Shown: positions 1 to 8,694 of the stretch, one piece after another | Position numbering within the stretch: position 1 is the stretch's first letter | How the letters are laid out: each line of letters starts with the position of its first letter | Origin: Anaerolineales bacterium | Lineage (GTDB): Bacteria; Chloroflexota; Anaerolineae; Anaerolineales; UBA11579 | Reading direction: 5' to 3' | NCBI GenBank assembly: GCA_025450445.1 | Contig: JANWHN010000060.1 | Span: 1 to 56,366, forward strand | DNA: 56,366 nt | Translations under genes and position numbers: made by a program | The notes under the pieces: model-generated | Seen by the model: the letters and a program-made list of their open reading frames with translations, nothing else | Databases searched by the model: none | Told to the model about the DNA's origin: nothing

Positions 1-904
1 AACTGTCAAAATCCCGCGCCACACTGACATTCGGAAAGATCGCCTGCGCCTCGGCCAGCACATCGCTCTCGCGATAGCGCCGCGACACGTGCGTCAAGAT
101 CAGTTGCCCGACTTCCGCATCCCGCGCCAACTGCGCGCTTTGGCCGGCGGTCAGATGGGCAAACTCCTTTGCCATCTCTCGTTCTTCATCCAAATAGGTA
201 GCCTCGATCACTAGCGTATCCGCGTTGCGGCAATGCTCCAATATCTCGTCCGTTCGCCCCGCATCGCCTACGTGCACCAGCTTGGCGCCCGGCAGCTCGG
301 TCCCCAACACCTCGTCCGGCATCACCCGCTGCCCGTTCTCCAATATCACCGGGTTGCCGTTCACCAATTCTCGCCGCATCGGTCCCGGCGGCACACCCAG
401 CGCCTCGGCCTTCTCATTCAAGAACGGCCGCCGCGCTTTCTCCTCGAAAACGAAGCCAAAGCAATCTGGCCCGCGGTGCGTCACCGAAAAGGCGCGGATG
501 CTGAAATCCTCCGCATCGAAGATCACCCCGGGCTCGATCGCGCTCAGTTTGACTTGCAATAAACTCTCTTTTCCTTTGGGGATCACCCGCACCCCATACA
601 GCAGCGCATCGATCCGTTCAAGTGTCCACTTACCGGCCAGGATCTCGACCTCTTCCAACGTTTCCCAACGCGTGAACGTTGAGAACAACCCGGCTAGTCC
701 AAGAATGTGATCCAAGTGCCCGTGCGTGATCAAAATATGGTTGAGTCGCTTGAACCCCAGCCCCGACTTCAAGATCTGGCGCTGGGTTCCTTCGCCGCAA
801 TCCACCAGAAAGCGGTATTCGTTGTGCTTGATGATGTGCGCCGATAAGCCGCGATGAACGGACGGTGCCGACGCTGACGTCCCTAAAAAAACGATCTCAA
901 ACAA
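1..904 (-). CDS. rnz: Ribonuclease Z (3' end runs off the window)
   Basis: Manual translation from TTG at 904: MFEIVFLGTSASAPSVHRG...LVDCGEGTQRQ...ITHGHLDH; GVPPGP flexible arm; C-terminal LTHVSRRY and ARDF motifs; GAGG SD upstream. Missing from the ORF track because the stop lies outside the window. Confidence 0.93.
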   Translation of the reverse strand, partial: MFEIVFLGTSASAPSVHRGLSAHIIKHNEYRFLVDCGEGTQRQILKSGLGFKRLNHILITHGHLDHILGLAGLFSTFTRWETLEEVEILAGKWTLERIDALLYGVRVIPKGKESLLQVKLSAIEPGVIFDAEDFSIRAFSVTHRGPDCFGFVFEEKARRPFLNEKAEALGVPPGPMRRELVNGNPVILENGQRVMPDEVLGTELPGAKLVHVGDAGRTDEILEHCRNADTLVIEATYLDEEREMAKEFAHLTAGQSAQLARDAEVGQLILTHVSRRYRESDVLAEAQAIFPNVSVARDFDS

Positions 905-1006
905 TTTTCCTCGACCTCTTTGTGTGATTGTAACCTCGCCAATTGCTTGACAACTTGCCCCATTTCCCCACGCTGAAGCATTTTTGTGTAATTAATAGCC
1001 CCATAT

Positions 1007-1044
1007 CGTCATTGCGAGGCGTCGTCAAGACGCCGCGGCAATCT
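1007..1044 (+). repeat. CGTC-type palindromic repeat, copy 1
   Basis: CGTCATTGCGA-GGCGTC-gtcaa-GACGCC-GCGGCAATCT. Confidence 0.85.
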
Positions 1045-1107
1045 GGTTTGCTTAACGCTGGAGGCTGTATGGGGTCGTTGCAACCGTTACATCTTGAGCA
1101 ACTGCTG

Positions 1108-1155
1108 TGGAGTTTGCTGCATTTGCAAACTCCAACGCGAAGGCGCAGCCTTCGC
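1108..1155. other. Two tandem perfect hairpins upstream of ftsK
   Basis: TGGAGTTTGC-7nt-GCAAACTCCA (10 bp) followed by GCGAAGGC-gca-GCCTTCGC (8 bp). Confidence 0.6.
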
Positions 1156-1180
1156 AAGGGTTATATACTCGTAGAACAAA

Positions 1181-3451
1181 ATGGCTAAACCAATCGCCCG
1201 CAAGCGCTCGGGCGGCAAAAGCCGCGCCGCTGCCCCCCAGCCAAAGATCCTGCCGGCCATCAGCTCCTTTTGGCGCGGTGTCTCGCCCGATCGCAAGCTG
1301 GACCTGCTCGGCATCCTGCTCGCCCTCATCGGCGCGCTAACGCTGCTGGTCGCCTTCTCAGGCACGCCGGGCGCAGTTGGCAGCGGTTGGTTGCAATTCC
1401 TCCAGCTTTCGCTGGGCTGGGGCGCGTTTGTATTTCCATTTGCGCTCATCCTGCTCGGCGTGTGGCTGGTCTTGCGCCGTTTCGGCCGCATTCCAGCGTT
1501 GCGCGCCCGCCGCTTGCTCGGCATCGCTTTGCTCTTCTTCAATATTCAACTGCTATTGCACATCCTCATGTTCCCGGCCGATCTTTTCGTGATCAACGAA
1601 CTTGCTGCGGCCGGTGAAGGTGGCGGGCAGCTAGGCGCTGGGCTGATGCTTTGGCTGCAGAATGGTGTCGGCGACGCGGGTATGTGGGTCATCGCTCTTA
1701 CCTGGTTGTTTGTCGCCGTCCTGCTCACCTTTGAGATCTCGGCTCGCAGCCTGGTCGACTGGCTCCCTGCCATGTTGGCTCGCTGGCAAGAGCGCCGCGC
1801 TCTCTCCAAAGCCAGTTGGCAGCCGTACACTTCTGAGCCACAAACGGATTCAATTTCTCCCGGTGTCGAAATCTCTCCGCTCCTCACCGAACCGCTGCCC
1901 GCAGAACTGGAAGCGGAGTTTGAAGAGCTCGACGAACAAATTGAAGAAGTCCCCGCCAAACCCGTCTGGACTCTGCCGGTTCTCGCCGACATGCTCGATC
2001 CCGGCGACAAGCTGATCTACAACGACGATGTCGATAAAGAGCGCGCCGCCCTCATCGAAGAAACGTTGAGTTCATTTGGCGCACCGGCTAGCGTGGTCGA
2101 GATCAATCGCGGTCCCACCATCACCCAGTTCGGTGTCGAACCTGAATTCGTCGAAACCCGCGCCGGACGCACCCGGGTGCGCGTCGGCAAGATCGCCGCC
2201 CTCGCCGACGATCTCGCTCTTGCCATGGCCGCGTCGCGCATCCGCATCCAGGCGCCGGTTCCCGGCAAAGGCTACGTCGGCATCGAAGTCCCCAACGAGC
2301 ACATCGGTCGTGTAGCAATGCGCGACGTCGTCGAAAGCGAAGCGTTCAAGCGACTCAAGTCGCCATTACGCTTCGCCTTGGGTCAAGATGTAGCCGGCAA
2401 TGCAGTCGCCGCTGACCTGGCCGCCATGCCGCATCTACTGGTTGCCGGCGCCACCGGCTCCGGCAAATCCGTGTGCGTCAACGCTCTGATCTGCTGCATG
2501 CTCCTCAACAACACCCCCGAAACTTTGCGCGTCATCATGATCGATCCCAAGCGCGTCGAGCTGACCGGCTACAACGGCGTCCCGCATCTGCTCACCCCGG
2601 TCGTGGTTGAGATCGACCGCGTGGTCGGAATTCTGCAATGGGTGACTCACGAGATGGACAAGCGCTACCAAAAATTCGCCAAGGTCGGCGCTCGCCACAT
2701 CACCGATTTCAATGCCAGGTTAGCTACTGAAGGCGCTGAGCAGCTTCCATATCTTGTCGTCGTGATCGATGAACTAGCCGACCTGATGATGGTTGCGCCC
2801 GATCAAACCGAGAAACTAATTACCCGCATGGCCCAGCTCGCCCGCGCCACCGGCATCCACTTGGTTATTTCCACACAGCGCCCATCGGTGGATGTTGTCA
2901 CCGGTCTCATCAAGGCAAACTTCCCCGCCCGCATCGCTTTCGCCGTTGCCTCTAGCACCGATAGCCGCGTCATCCTCGACCAACCTGGCGCCGAGCGCTT
3001 GCTCGGCCGTGGCGACATGCTCTTCCAGCCGCCCGACGCGCCTGCGGCCGTCCGCCTGCAAGGCGCATTCCTCGCCGAAAGCGAGATCCTGCGTATCGTC
3101 AGTCATTGGCGCGCCTTCGCCGGCAGCGCAGAGCCAGCTCGCTTCCGCGCCGCCGATGCGCCGCCAGATGATGTGCCGCTAAAACAAATGCCGATCTGGG
3201 CAGAGGTCGAACAAATTCAGAATCAAGACGAGCAGGATGACATGTTCGACGAAGCCGTTGACCTGGTTCGCCGCCGCGGCCGTGCCTCCATCTCCATGCT
3301 TCAGCGCCGCATGCGCATCGGCTACACCCGCGCCGCCCGCATCATCGAACTCATGGAGTCCCGCGGCATCGTAGGCCCGTCTAAAACCGGCGCCCAACAC
3401 CGCGAAGTTTTGGATTATGGTAACTACGCCGCTCCGCCAGTGGGAGAATGA
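1181..3451 (+). CDS. ftsK: DNA translocase FtsK/SpoIIIE
   Basis: N-terminal TM segments; PHLLVAGATGSGKS Walker A; VVVIDELADLMM Walker B; TQRPSVDVVTG; gamma domain ASISMLQRRMRIGYTRAARIIE. Confidence 0.97.
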   Translation: MAKPIARKRSGGKSRAAAPQPKILPAISSFWRGVSPDRKLDLLGILLALIGALTLLVAFSGTPGAVGSGWLQFLQLSLGWGAFVFPFALILLGVWLVLRRFGRIPALRARRLLGIALLFFNIQLLLHILMFPADLFVINELAAAGEGGGQLGAGLMLWLQNGVGDAGMWVIALTWLFVAVLLTFEISARSLVDWLPAMLARWQERRALSKASWQPYTSEPQTDSISPGVEISPLLTEPLPAELEAEFEELDEQIEEVPAKPVWTLPVLADMLDPGDKLIYNDDVDKERAALIEETLSSFGAPASVVEINRGPTITQFGVEPEFVETRAGRTRVRVGKIAALADDLALAMAASRIRIQAPVPGKGYVGIEVPNEHIGRVAMRDVVESEAFKRLKSPLRFALGQDVAGNAVAADLAAMPHLLVAGATGSGKSVCVNALICCMLLNNTPETLRVIMIDPKRVELTGYNGVPHLLTPVVVEIDRVVGILQWVTHEMDKRYQKFAKVGARHITDFNARLATEGAEQLPYLVVVIDELADLMMVAPDQTEKLITRMAQLARATGIHLVISTQRPSVDVVTGLIKANFPARIAFAVASSTDSRVILDQPGAERLLGRGDMLFQPPDAPAAVRLQGAFLAESEILRIVSHWRAFAGSAEPARFRAADAPPDDVPLKQMPIWAEVEQIQNQDEQDDMFDEAVDLVRRRGRASISMLQRRMRIGYTRAARIIELMESRGIVGPSKTGAQHREVLDYGNYAAPPVGE

Positions 3452-3458
3452 TTATTGC

Positions 3459-3490
3459 AAAAAAAAAAGAGGCGTTGGGTTTGCGCCTCT
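3459..3490 (-). terminator. Intrinsic terminator between convergent ftsK and htrA (U-tract on the minus strand)
   Basis: A10 run then AGAGGCG-loop-CGCCTCT. Confidence 0.65.
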
Positions 3491-3566
3491 CTAATTCAAC
3501 ATAAGGAGTTGTGTTACTCGGCGTAGCCGGTAACAACTCCACTAGCAGCGCTCTTTTGCGCTGCGT

Positions 3567-4691
3567 CTACGGCCTTGCGCCGAGCACGAGATCAATAGTG
3601 ATCTCGTCGCCATCACGAATGATGGTTAGTTGAACAGAATCACCGGGGGATTTATGCGTGAACAAGTAAGCGATCATTTCATCGAAATTCTGGATCGGGC
3701 GCCCGTCGATGCCCACGATCATGTCGCCGGGCTCCACGCCCGCGTCATCAGCCGGGCCGCCGCTCACCACCTCGGAGATCAGAGCGCCGTTGGTGCTCTC
3801 CAACCCGCGCTGCTGCGCCTCGGCCAGGCTCAGGTTCGAAACGCTCGATACTCCGAGATATGGATAGTCGTAAGAACCTTCGCTGATCAAGCTCGGCACA
3901 ACCCGCTTGACGATGTTGATCGAAACCGCAAAACCGATTCCCGAGTTCAACGTATTTCCTTCATCGTTGAAATTGAACGAACGGATGGCACGGTTGACCC
4001 CGACCACTTCGCCGTTGAGATTGAGCAGTGGTCCGCCGGAGTTTCCGGGGTTTATCGCCGCGTCAGTTTGAATGATGTCGCCGGCGGTGAATGGGCGTCC
4101 GGCTTGCGGGTCTTCGTTCAGTCCTTCAAGCGAGCGGCCCACGCTGGATACGATTCCCACGCTCATGCTCCCGCTCAACCCAAACGGGTTGCCGATCGCC
4201 ACAACATATTGCCCGATCTGCAGCGCATCCGAATCGCCAAGTCGCATCGGCACCAAGACATCCGGCGCAACAGCAACTTTGATAACTGCCAGATCCGAAT
4301 CGGTGTCCACACCCACAACTTCACCCACGGCTTGATCGCCAGATGGGAACGCCACTTCGATATAGGTCGCATCTTGCACGACGTGATAGTTGGTCACAAT
4401 GTGTCCGTCCGAGTCGTACACAAATCCCGATCCCTGTCCGCCGCCCAATTCAGTGGCCACAGATATCGACACCACCCCGGGGCTCACCGATTGATAAAGC
4501 GTGATCAGCGCATCCTGCTGCGAGAGCAGGTCTTGCGAGATCAGGATCGGCGGAGCGCCGGACGTGGGCACAAGCGCTGGCACATCTTCGAGCATCTCAC
4601 TCGGATTTGGCAGAGCAATGTTGCATGCCAAGCCGGTAAGGACAAGCAAGCTTGTAATGAAAAGAACCGTGCGGGCGAAGCTGTTTTTCAT
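3567..4691 (-). CDS. htrA: HtrA/DegP-family serine protease with one PDZ domain, probable lipoprotein
   Basis: TNYHVV, DLAVIK and QTDAAINPGNSGGPL catalytic triad motifs; PDZ C-terminus; lipobox GLAC; AAGGA SD before ATG 4691. Confidence 0.93.
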   Translation of the reverse strand: MKNSFARTVLFITSLLVLTGLACNIALPNPSEMLEDVPALVPTSGAPPILISQDLLSQQDALITLYQSVSPGVVSISVATELGGGQGSGFVYDSDGHIVTNYHVVQDATYIEVAFPSGDQAVGEVVGVDTDSDLAVIKVAVAPDVLVPMRLGDSDALQIGQYVVAIGNPFGLSGSMSVGIVSSVGRSLEGLNEDPQAGRPFTAGDIIQTDAAINPGNSGGPLLNLNGEVVGVNRAIRSFNFNDEGNTLNSGIGFAVSINIVKRVVPSLISEGSYDYPYLGVSSVSNLSLAEAQQRGLESTNGALISEVVSGGPADDAGVEPGDMIVGIDGRPIQNFDEMIAYLFTHKSPGDSVQLTIIRDGDEITIDLVLGARP

Positions 4692-4710
4692 GTTTCCTTT
4701 CAAATAATTA

Positions 4711-5613
4711 CTATGGTTTTGATTCGGCCAGCTTTTCGAATAATTTCTTCTCTTCAGTGGTCAAATTCCTGGGGATGTGCACCTTGATCTTTGCAAAAAG
4801 GTCTCCGCGTTCTTTGCTCTTGAGCCCGGGCATTCCCTTGCCTTTCAATCGGAACGATTGGCCTGGTTGTGTGCCGGCCGGGATCGTGAGCACTACGTTA
4901 CCTTCGAGGGTTGGCACTTGAAGTTCGCCGCCCAATACAGCCGTGTAAAGATCGGTCTCGACCTCAGTACGAAGGTCTTTGCCCTCGCGCTCAAACCGCG
5001 GATCGTCTTCCACATTGATCGCCAGGTAGATGTCGCTTTCCTGCGGGCCAATCCCAGCCATGCGCACTCGCGTTCCGGTTTGGGCTCCGGCGGGGATCTT
5101 CACTTCGATCCGCCGGCCGTCCAGCTGCATCAAACGTTCGCCGCCTTTGAATGCTTCTTCGAGCGAGATAGTTACTGGCTGCTCATACGCTGGCTGGCGG
5201 ACCGCTTGACGGCGAGTCCTTTGCCCAACTCCACCGCCGAAGATCTGTTGGAAGAAATCGGAGAACCCACCCATTTGCCCGAACAGGTCGTCCATATCCC
5301 CGCTGTATTCGACCCGCACACCTCCAGGCGCGCCCTTGCCAGCCCATTGCCCCCAATCAAATCCGCCTTGTCCGCCGCGGTTTTGCCATTGCGAATAGGC
5401 GCTGCCCAACTGGTCATAGCGCTTGCGTTTTTCCGTGTCGCTGAGCACCTGGTAGGCTTCGTTCGCCTCCTTGAATTTATCCTCGGCGGCCTTGTTATTC
5501 GGGTTTTTATCGGGGTGGAATTGCAGAGCCAGCTTGCGATAGGCTTTTTTGATCTCGTCCTGGCTGGCGCTCCGTTCGACCCCAAGCGTCTTGTAATAGT
5601 CTTTGTATTCCAT
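4711..5613 (-). CDS. DnaJ-class co-chaperone without zinc finger (CbpA-like)
   Basis: DYYKTLGV...HPD J-domain, G/F-rich linker, DnaJ_C region, no CxxCxGxG repeats. Confidence 0.92.
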   Translation of the reverse strand: MEYKDYYKTLGVERSASQDEIKKAYRKLALQFHPDKNPNNKAAEDKFKEANEAYQVLSDTEKRKRYDQLGSAYSQWQNRGGQGGFDWGQWAGKGAPGGVRVEYSGDMDDLFGQMGGFSDFFQQIFGGGVGQRTRRQAVRQPAYEQPVTISLEEAFKGGERLMQLDGRRIEVKIPAGAQTGTRVRMAGIGPQESDIYLAINVEDDPRFEREGKDLRTEVETDLYTAVLGGELQVPTLEGNVVLTIPAGTQPGQSFRLKGKGMPGLKSKERGDLFAKIKVHIPRNLTTEEKKLFEKLAESKP

Positions 5614-5722
5614 AAGGGTGGCGAAGTTCATTGTATGACCGCTGAAAGAGCTCGGTCAAGCACCGCGCCTGTAATTAATAGAACTCTAACAGCCGGGTCA
5701 GGCCTAAATCACCTTCATGGTT

Positions 5723-5779
5723 CCCGTTTGCGAGGAGCACGGTTGGCATGCCCTTGCCAACAAGCGGACGAAGCAATCC
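5723..5779 (+). repeat. CGTC-type palindromic repeat, copy 2 (variant 5' end)
   Basis: CCCGTTTGCGAGGAG...GTTGGCA-tgccct-TGCCAAC...GACGAAGCAATCC. Confidence 0.65.
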
Positions 5780-5858
5780 CCAAGATTGTTTGCAAACTTG
5801 GAAGTTCTTTCAATCCTATAGTCTAGCCGTCAGTCAAGCGTGCTATCATTTCGCGCCT

Positions 5859-7289
5859 GTGCCCAAGCGATTGCTTTTGGCTCTGGCCGATGAATCCCTC
5901 TGCCAGCAAGTGGCCAAAAAGATCTTTGCTCCCGCCGGGTTTGGGGTTACGCAAGCGCTTAATTGCTCACAGGTGCGCGGTGCTGTACGCAGCAAGACCC
6001 CAGACATCATCTTTATGGCGGACCAACTCCCCCATGGCTCGGCATTAGCCCTGGCGGAGGAGATCAAGCGCGCACAGCCTGATCTTCCTATCATCATCTC
6101 CACCAAAAAACCAAAATCCAGCGCCTTATCCAACCTGGCCCGCCAGGGCATCGTCGAGATCGTTGCCTACCCGCCAACCCGTAAACAGGCGCTCTCCGCG
6201 GTTGACCTGGCACTCGATCGCAACCGTGTGCTCCACAAATGGGTCAAGCGCGAAACCGGGCGCAGCACCGAGAACCTAAAACGTCGGCTTACCGAGCTGG
6301 AGAGCATTCTCAAACAGATCGACGATGGTGTTCTCGTGCTCGACCACCAGGGTCATATTCTGCTGATGAACCGTGCCCTCCGCCGGGATTTTGGGTTTGA
6401 AAGTGAAGACTTGGTCGGTGAACCGATCGAGCGCTTATTCCAGGAGCGTGAAGTCCTGGAGGCGCTTAGTAATAATCACACCGGCGGCGAACGCTTCGAA
6501 GTCGAGAACTCCCTCGACCGCGTGTTCGATGTCCGTATCTCCCATGTGGACGACATTGGCACTGTCGCCAGCTTCCACGACATCACCTATCTCAAAGAGC
6601 TGGATCGTTTGCGTATGGATTTCGTCAACACGGTCTCCCACGATCTTCGTTCACCGCTTACCGCCATTCTTGGTTACGTCGAATTGATCGAGCGCGCCGG
6701 CGAAGTGAATGCGCAGCAATCCCAGTTCATCCAGCGCGTCAAATCGAGTGTGCATGCGACCACGGGACTGATCGATGACCTGCTGAATTTGGGTCGAGTA
6801 GAAGTTGGTTTAGTTGATGAGGTGGTGCCGGTCGATCTTAAACTGATCGTGGCCAACACTCTTGCCGCAATGCAGGCACGGGTTCAAGAAAAACAGCAGC
6901 TTTTAAAAATGGGTCGGACTGGAAATGTGTCACCCGTGCGTGGCAACCGCGTCCAGATCGGCCAAGTAGTTGATAACCTCATTGGCAATGCGATCAAATA
7001 CACGCAGGCCGGCGGCTCGATCCGCGTGACTCTAACCGAAGAACAGAATCAGTTGATCTTGCACGTCGCCGACAACGGGCCAGGCATTCCGGTTGAAGAA
7101 CAGGGGCGCATCTTTGAAAAATTCTATCGAGCCAGCAATGCCGGCGATGGCGTAACCGGAACGGGGCTTGGCTTGGCGATCGTCAAAACGATCGTCGAAA
7201 ACCACCGCGGCCGTATCTGGGTTGATTCAAAACTGGGGGAGGGTTCTGTGTTTACAGTTGTGCTGCCGGTCGCCGGTGTCCCAGCTTAG
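5859..7289 (+). CDS. Sensor histidine kinase: atypical receiver, PAS, HisKA, HATPase
   Basis: SHDLRSPLT H-box, NLIGNAIKY N-box, DNGPGI, GTGLGL; N-terminal REC-like fold; GTG 5859 chosen because it follows TGCTATCAT. Confidence 0.9.
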   Translation: MPKRLLLALADESLCQQVAKKIFAPAGFGVTQALNCSQVRGAVRSKTPDIIFMADQLPHGSALALAEEIKRAQPDLPIIISTKKPKSSALSNLARQGIVEIVAYPPTRKQALSAVDLALDRNRVLHKWVKRETGRSTENLKRRLTELESILKQIDDGVLVLDHQGHILLMNRALRRDFGFESEDLVGEPIERLFQEREVLEALSNNHTGGERFEVENSLDRVFDVRISHVDDIGTVASFHDITYLKELDRLRMDFVNTVSHDLRSPLTAILGYVELIERAGEVNAQQSQFIQRVKSSVHATTGLIDDLLNLGRVEVGLVDEVVPVDLKLIVANTLAAMQARVQEKQQLLKMGRTGNVSPVRGNRVQIGQVVDNLIGNAIKYTQAGGSIRVTLTEEQNQLILHVADNGPGIPVEEQGRIFEKFYRASNAGDGVTGTGLGLAIVKTIVENHRGRIWVDSKLGEGSVFTVVLPVAGVPA

Positions 7290-7717
7290 GCTGCAGACTT
7301 TTCAGATTTCAAAATAAAGTCACGCATGATTCGGCGAGCGTCATCCAGGTCAGCATATTCCGCGATCCGGATTCCGGGCATCGTGTTGCCGGTGAGCATC
7401 TTCGAAACCTTTACCCCGCTTCGATGGATGCACAACACCGGTTTGCCGCGCTCCAGCGCGTAGCTCACTTCGTACCCCACGCCATGTGATGGCGTGCTGA
7501 CTTCGGCGATCACAACCTGGCTCTCATCGATCCAGGCTATGTCACGGCGATAGACCTCATTCGGATCCGGCGAGCCTTCCATTGTTTGCCAGCCGGGTCC
7601 CGCATTCATCGCCGTCGGCACTTCGTGTCCGTCAGCAAGCAGCGCATCCACGATCTGCTGGTAGGCAGCTTCATCCTGCCGCCCCCCTACGATCGAACAT
7701 GCAAAATAAATTTTCAT
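7286..7717 (-). CDS. DNPH1/Rcl-like 2'-deoxynucleoside 5'-monophosphate N-glycosidase (nucleoside 2-deoxyribosyltransferase fold)
   Basis: KIYFACSIVGGRQD...RDIAWIDES.VVIAEVSTPSHGVGYE...VSKMLTG, matching DNPH1 family motifs. Confidence 0.85.
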   Translation of the reverse strand: MKIYFACSIVGGRQDEAAYQQIVDALLADGHEVPTAMNAGPGWQTMEGSPDPNEVYRRDIAWIDESQVVIAEVSTPSHGVGYEVSYALERGKPVLCIHRSGVKVSKMLTGNTMPGIRIAEYADLDDARRIMRDFILKSEKSAA

Positions 7718-8694
7718 TTCTTTGCGTAGCCGTTGGGATGACTCTTATGCCATTCCCATGCGCTGGAAATGATCTCTTCCAACCCTGAATGCTTGGCTTG
7801 CCAGCCCAGCTCGCGCTGAATGCGCGCCGGTGAAGCCACCAGGCGCGGGGCATCGCCGGGTCGGCGCGGGGTATCCATTGCAGGAATGGCATGCCCGCTC
7901 ATTTTGCGCGCCATTTCGATCACTTCGAGTACTGAATAGCCGTGGCCGGAACCCAGGTTGTAAACAAGCTTCTCGTGCTCATCGAGTCCGTTGAGAACTA
8001 ACAGATGAGCTGAGACGAGATCGGCAATGTGGATGTAATCGCGGATGCAGGTGCCATCCGGCGTCGGATAATCAGAGCCAAAAACCGCCACACTTTCGAG
8101 TTTACCGAGCGCCACCTGCAGAGTCAGCGGGATCAGATGGCTTTCCGGCTGATGGGCTTCGCCGCGTCCGGGCTGCGCCCCAGCCGCATTGAAATATCGC
8201 AGCGCCGCGTAGCGCAAGCCGTGGATCTGCCGATACCAATCCAGGGTCTGCTCAACCATCAGCTTGGTTTGGCCATAAACATTGACCGGCCCCAATGGCG
8301 ATTCTTCAGTCAGCGGCTCATCGTTGCTTTGATACAAGGCTGCTGTTGAAGAGAATACAAATTTGCCAATCCCTGCTGCATGCGCCAGTTCGATCAGCTG
8401 CATCGAAGTCGCGAGATTAGCCCGAAAATATTTGCCGGGATCTCGCATGCTCTCGCCCGCTTCGATCAACGCCGCTAGATGCACCACCGCATCCAACTTT
8501 TCTCTTGTAAGTGATTTCTTTAAAGTCTCGTCATCTGCAAGGTCACCTTCAATGAATTCGGCGCCTTTTGGCACGGCAGCTTTGTGCCCGGTGACCAGCG
8601 AATCATAAATTACGACATCGTGGTGTTGCGCCAACAACTCATCCGCAACGGCCGAACCGATGTATCCAGCTCCTCCGGTTATAAAGATCTTCAC
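7714..8694 (-). CDS. galE: UDP-glucose 4-epimerase
   Basis: GGAGYIGS, FSSTAALY, YGQTK, LRYFNAAGA, DGTCIRDYIH. Confidence 0.95.
   Translation of the reverse strand: MKIFITGGAGYIGSAVADELLAQHHDVVIYDSLVTGHKAAVPKGAEFIEGDLADDETLKKSLTREKLDAVVHLAALIEAGESMRDPGKYFRANLATSMQLIELAHAAGIGKFVFSSTAALYQSNDEPLTEESPLGPVNVYGQTKLMVEQTLDWYRQIHGLRYAALRYFNAAGAQPGRGEAHQPESHLIPLTLQVALGKLESVAVFGSDYPTPDGTCIRDYIHIADLVSAHLLVLNGLDEHEKLVYNLGSGHGYSVLEVIEMARKMSGHAIPAMDTPRRPGDAPRLVASPARIQRELGWQAKHSGLEEIISSAWEWHKSHPNGYAKK

Noticed and set aside
225-710. + strand ORFs of 161 and 109 aa
   Set aside because: Antisense to rnz, which explains the region
5668-5696. Possible CIRCE operator upstream of the DnaJ-htrA genes (ATAGAACTC)
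   Set aside because: Only a degenerate left half; no GAGTGCTAA arm at 9-nt spacing
3630-5826. Long + strand ORFs of 385 and 349 aa
   Set aside because: Antisense shadows of htrA and the DnaJ gene, with no recognisable motifs
5748-5858. N-terminal extension of the kinase in the ORF track
   Set aside because: Runs through repeat copy 2 and the promoter; GTG 5859 fits the receiver fold start
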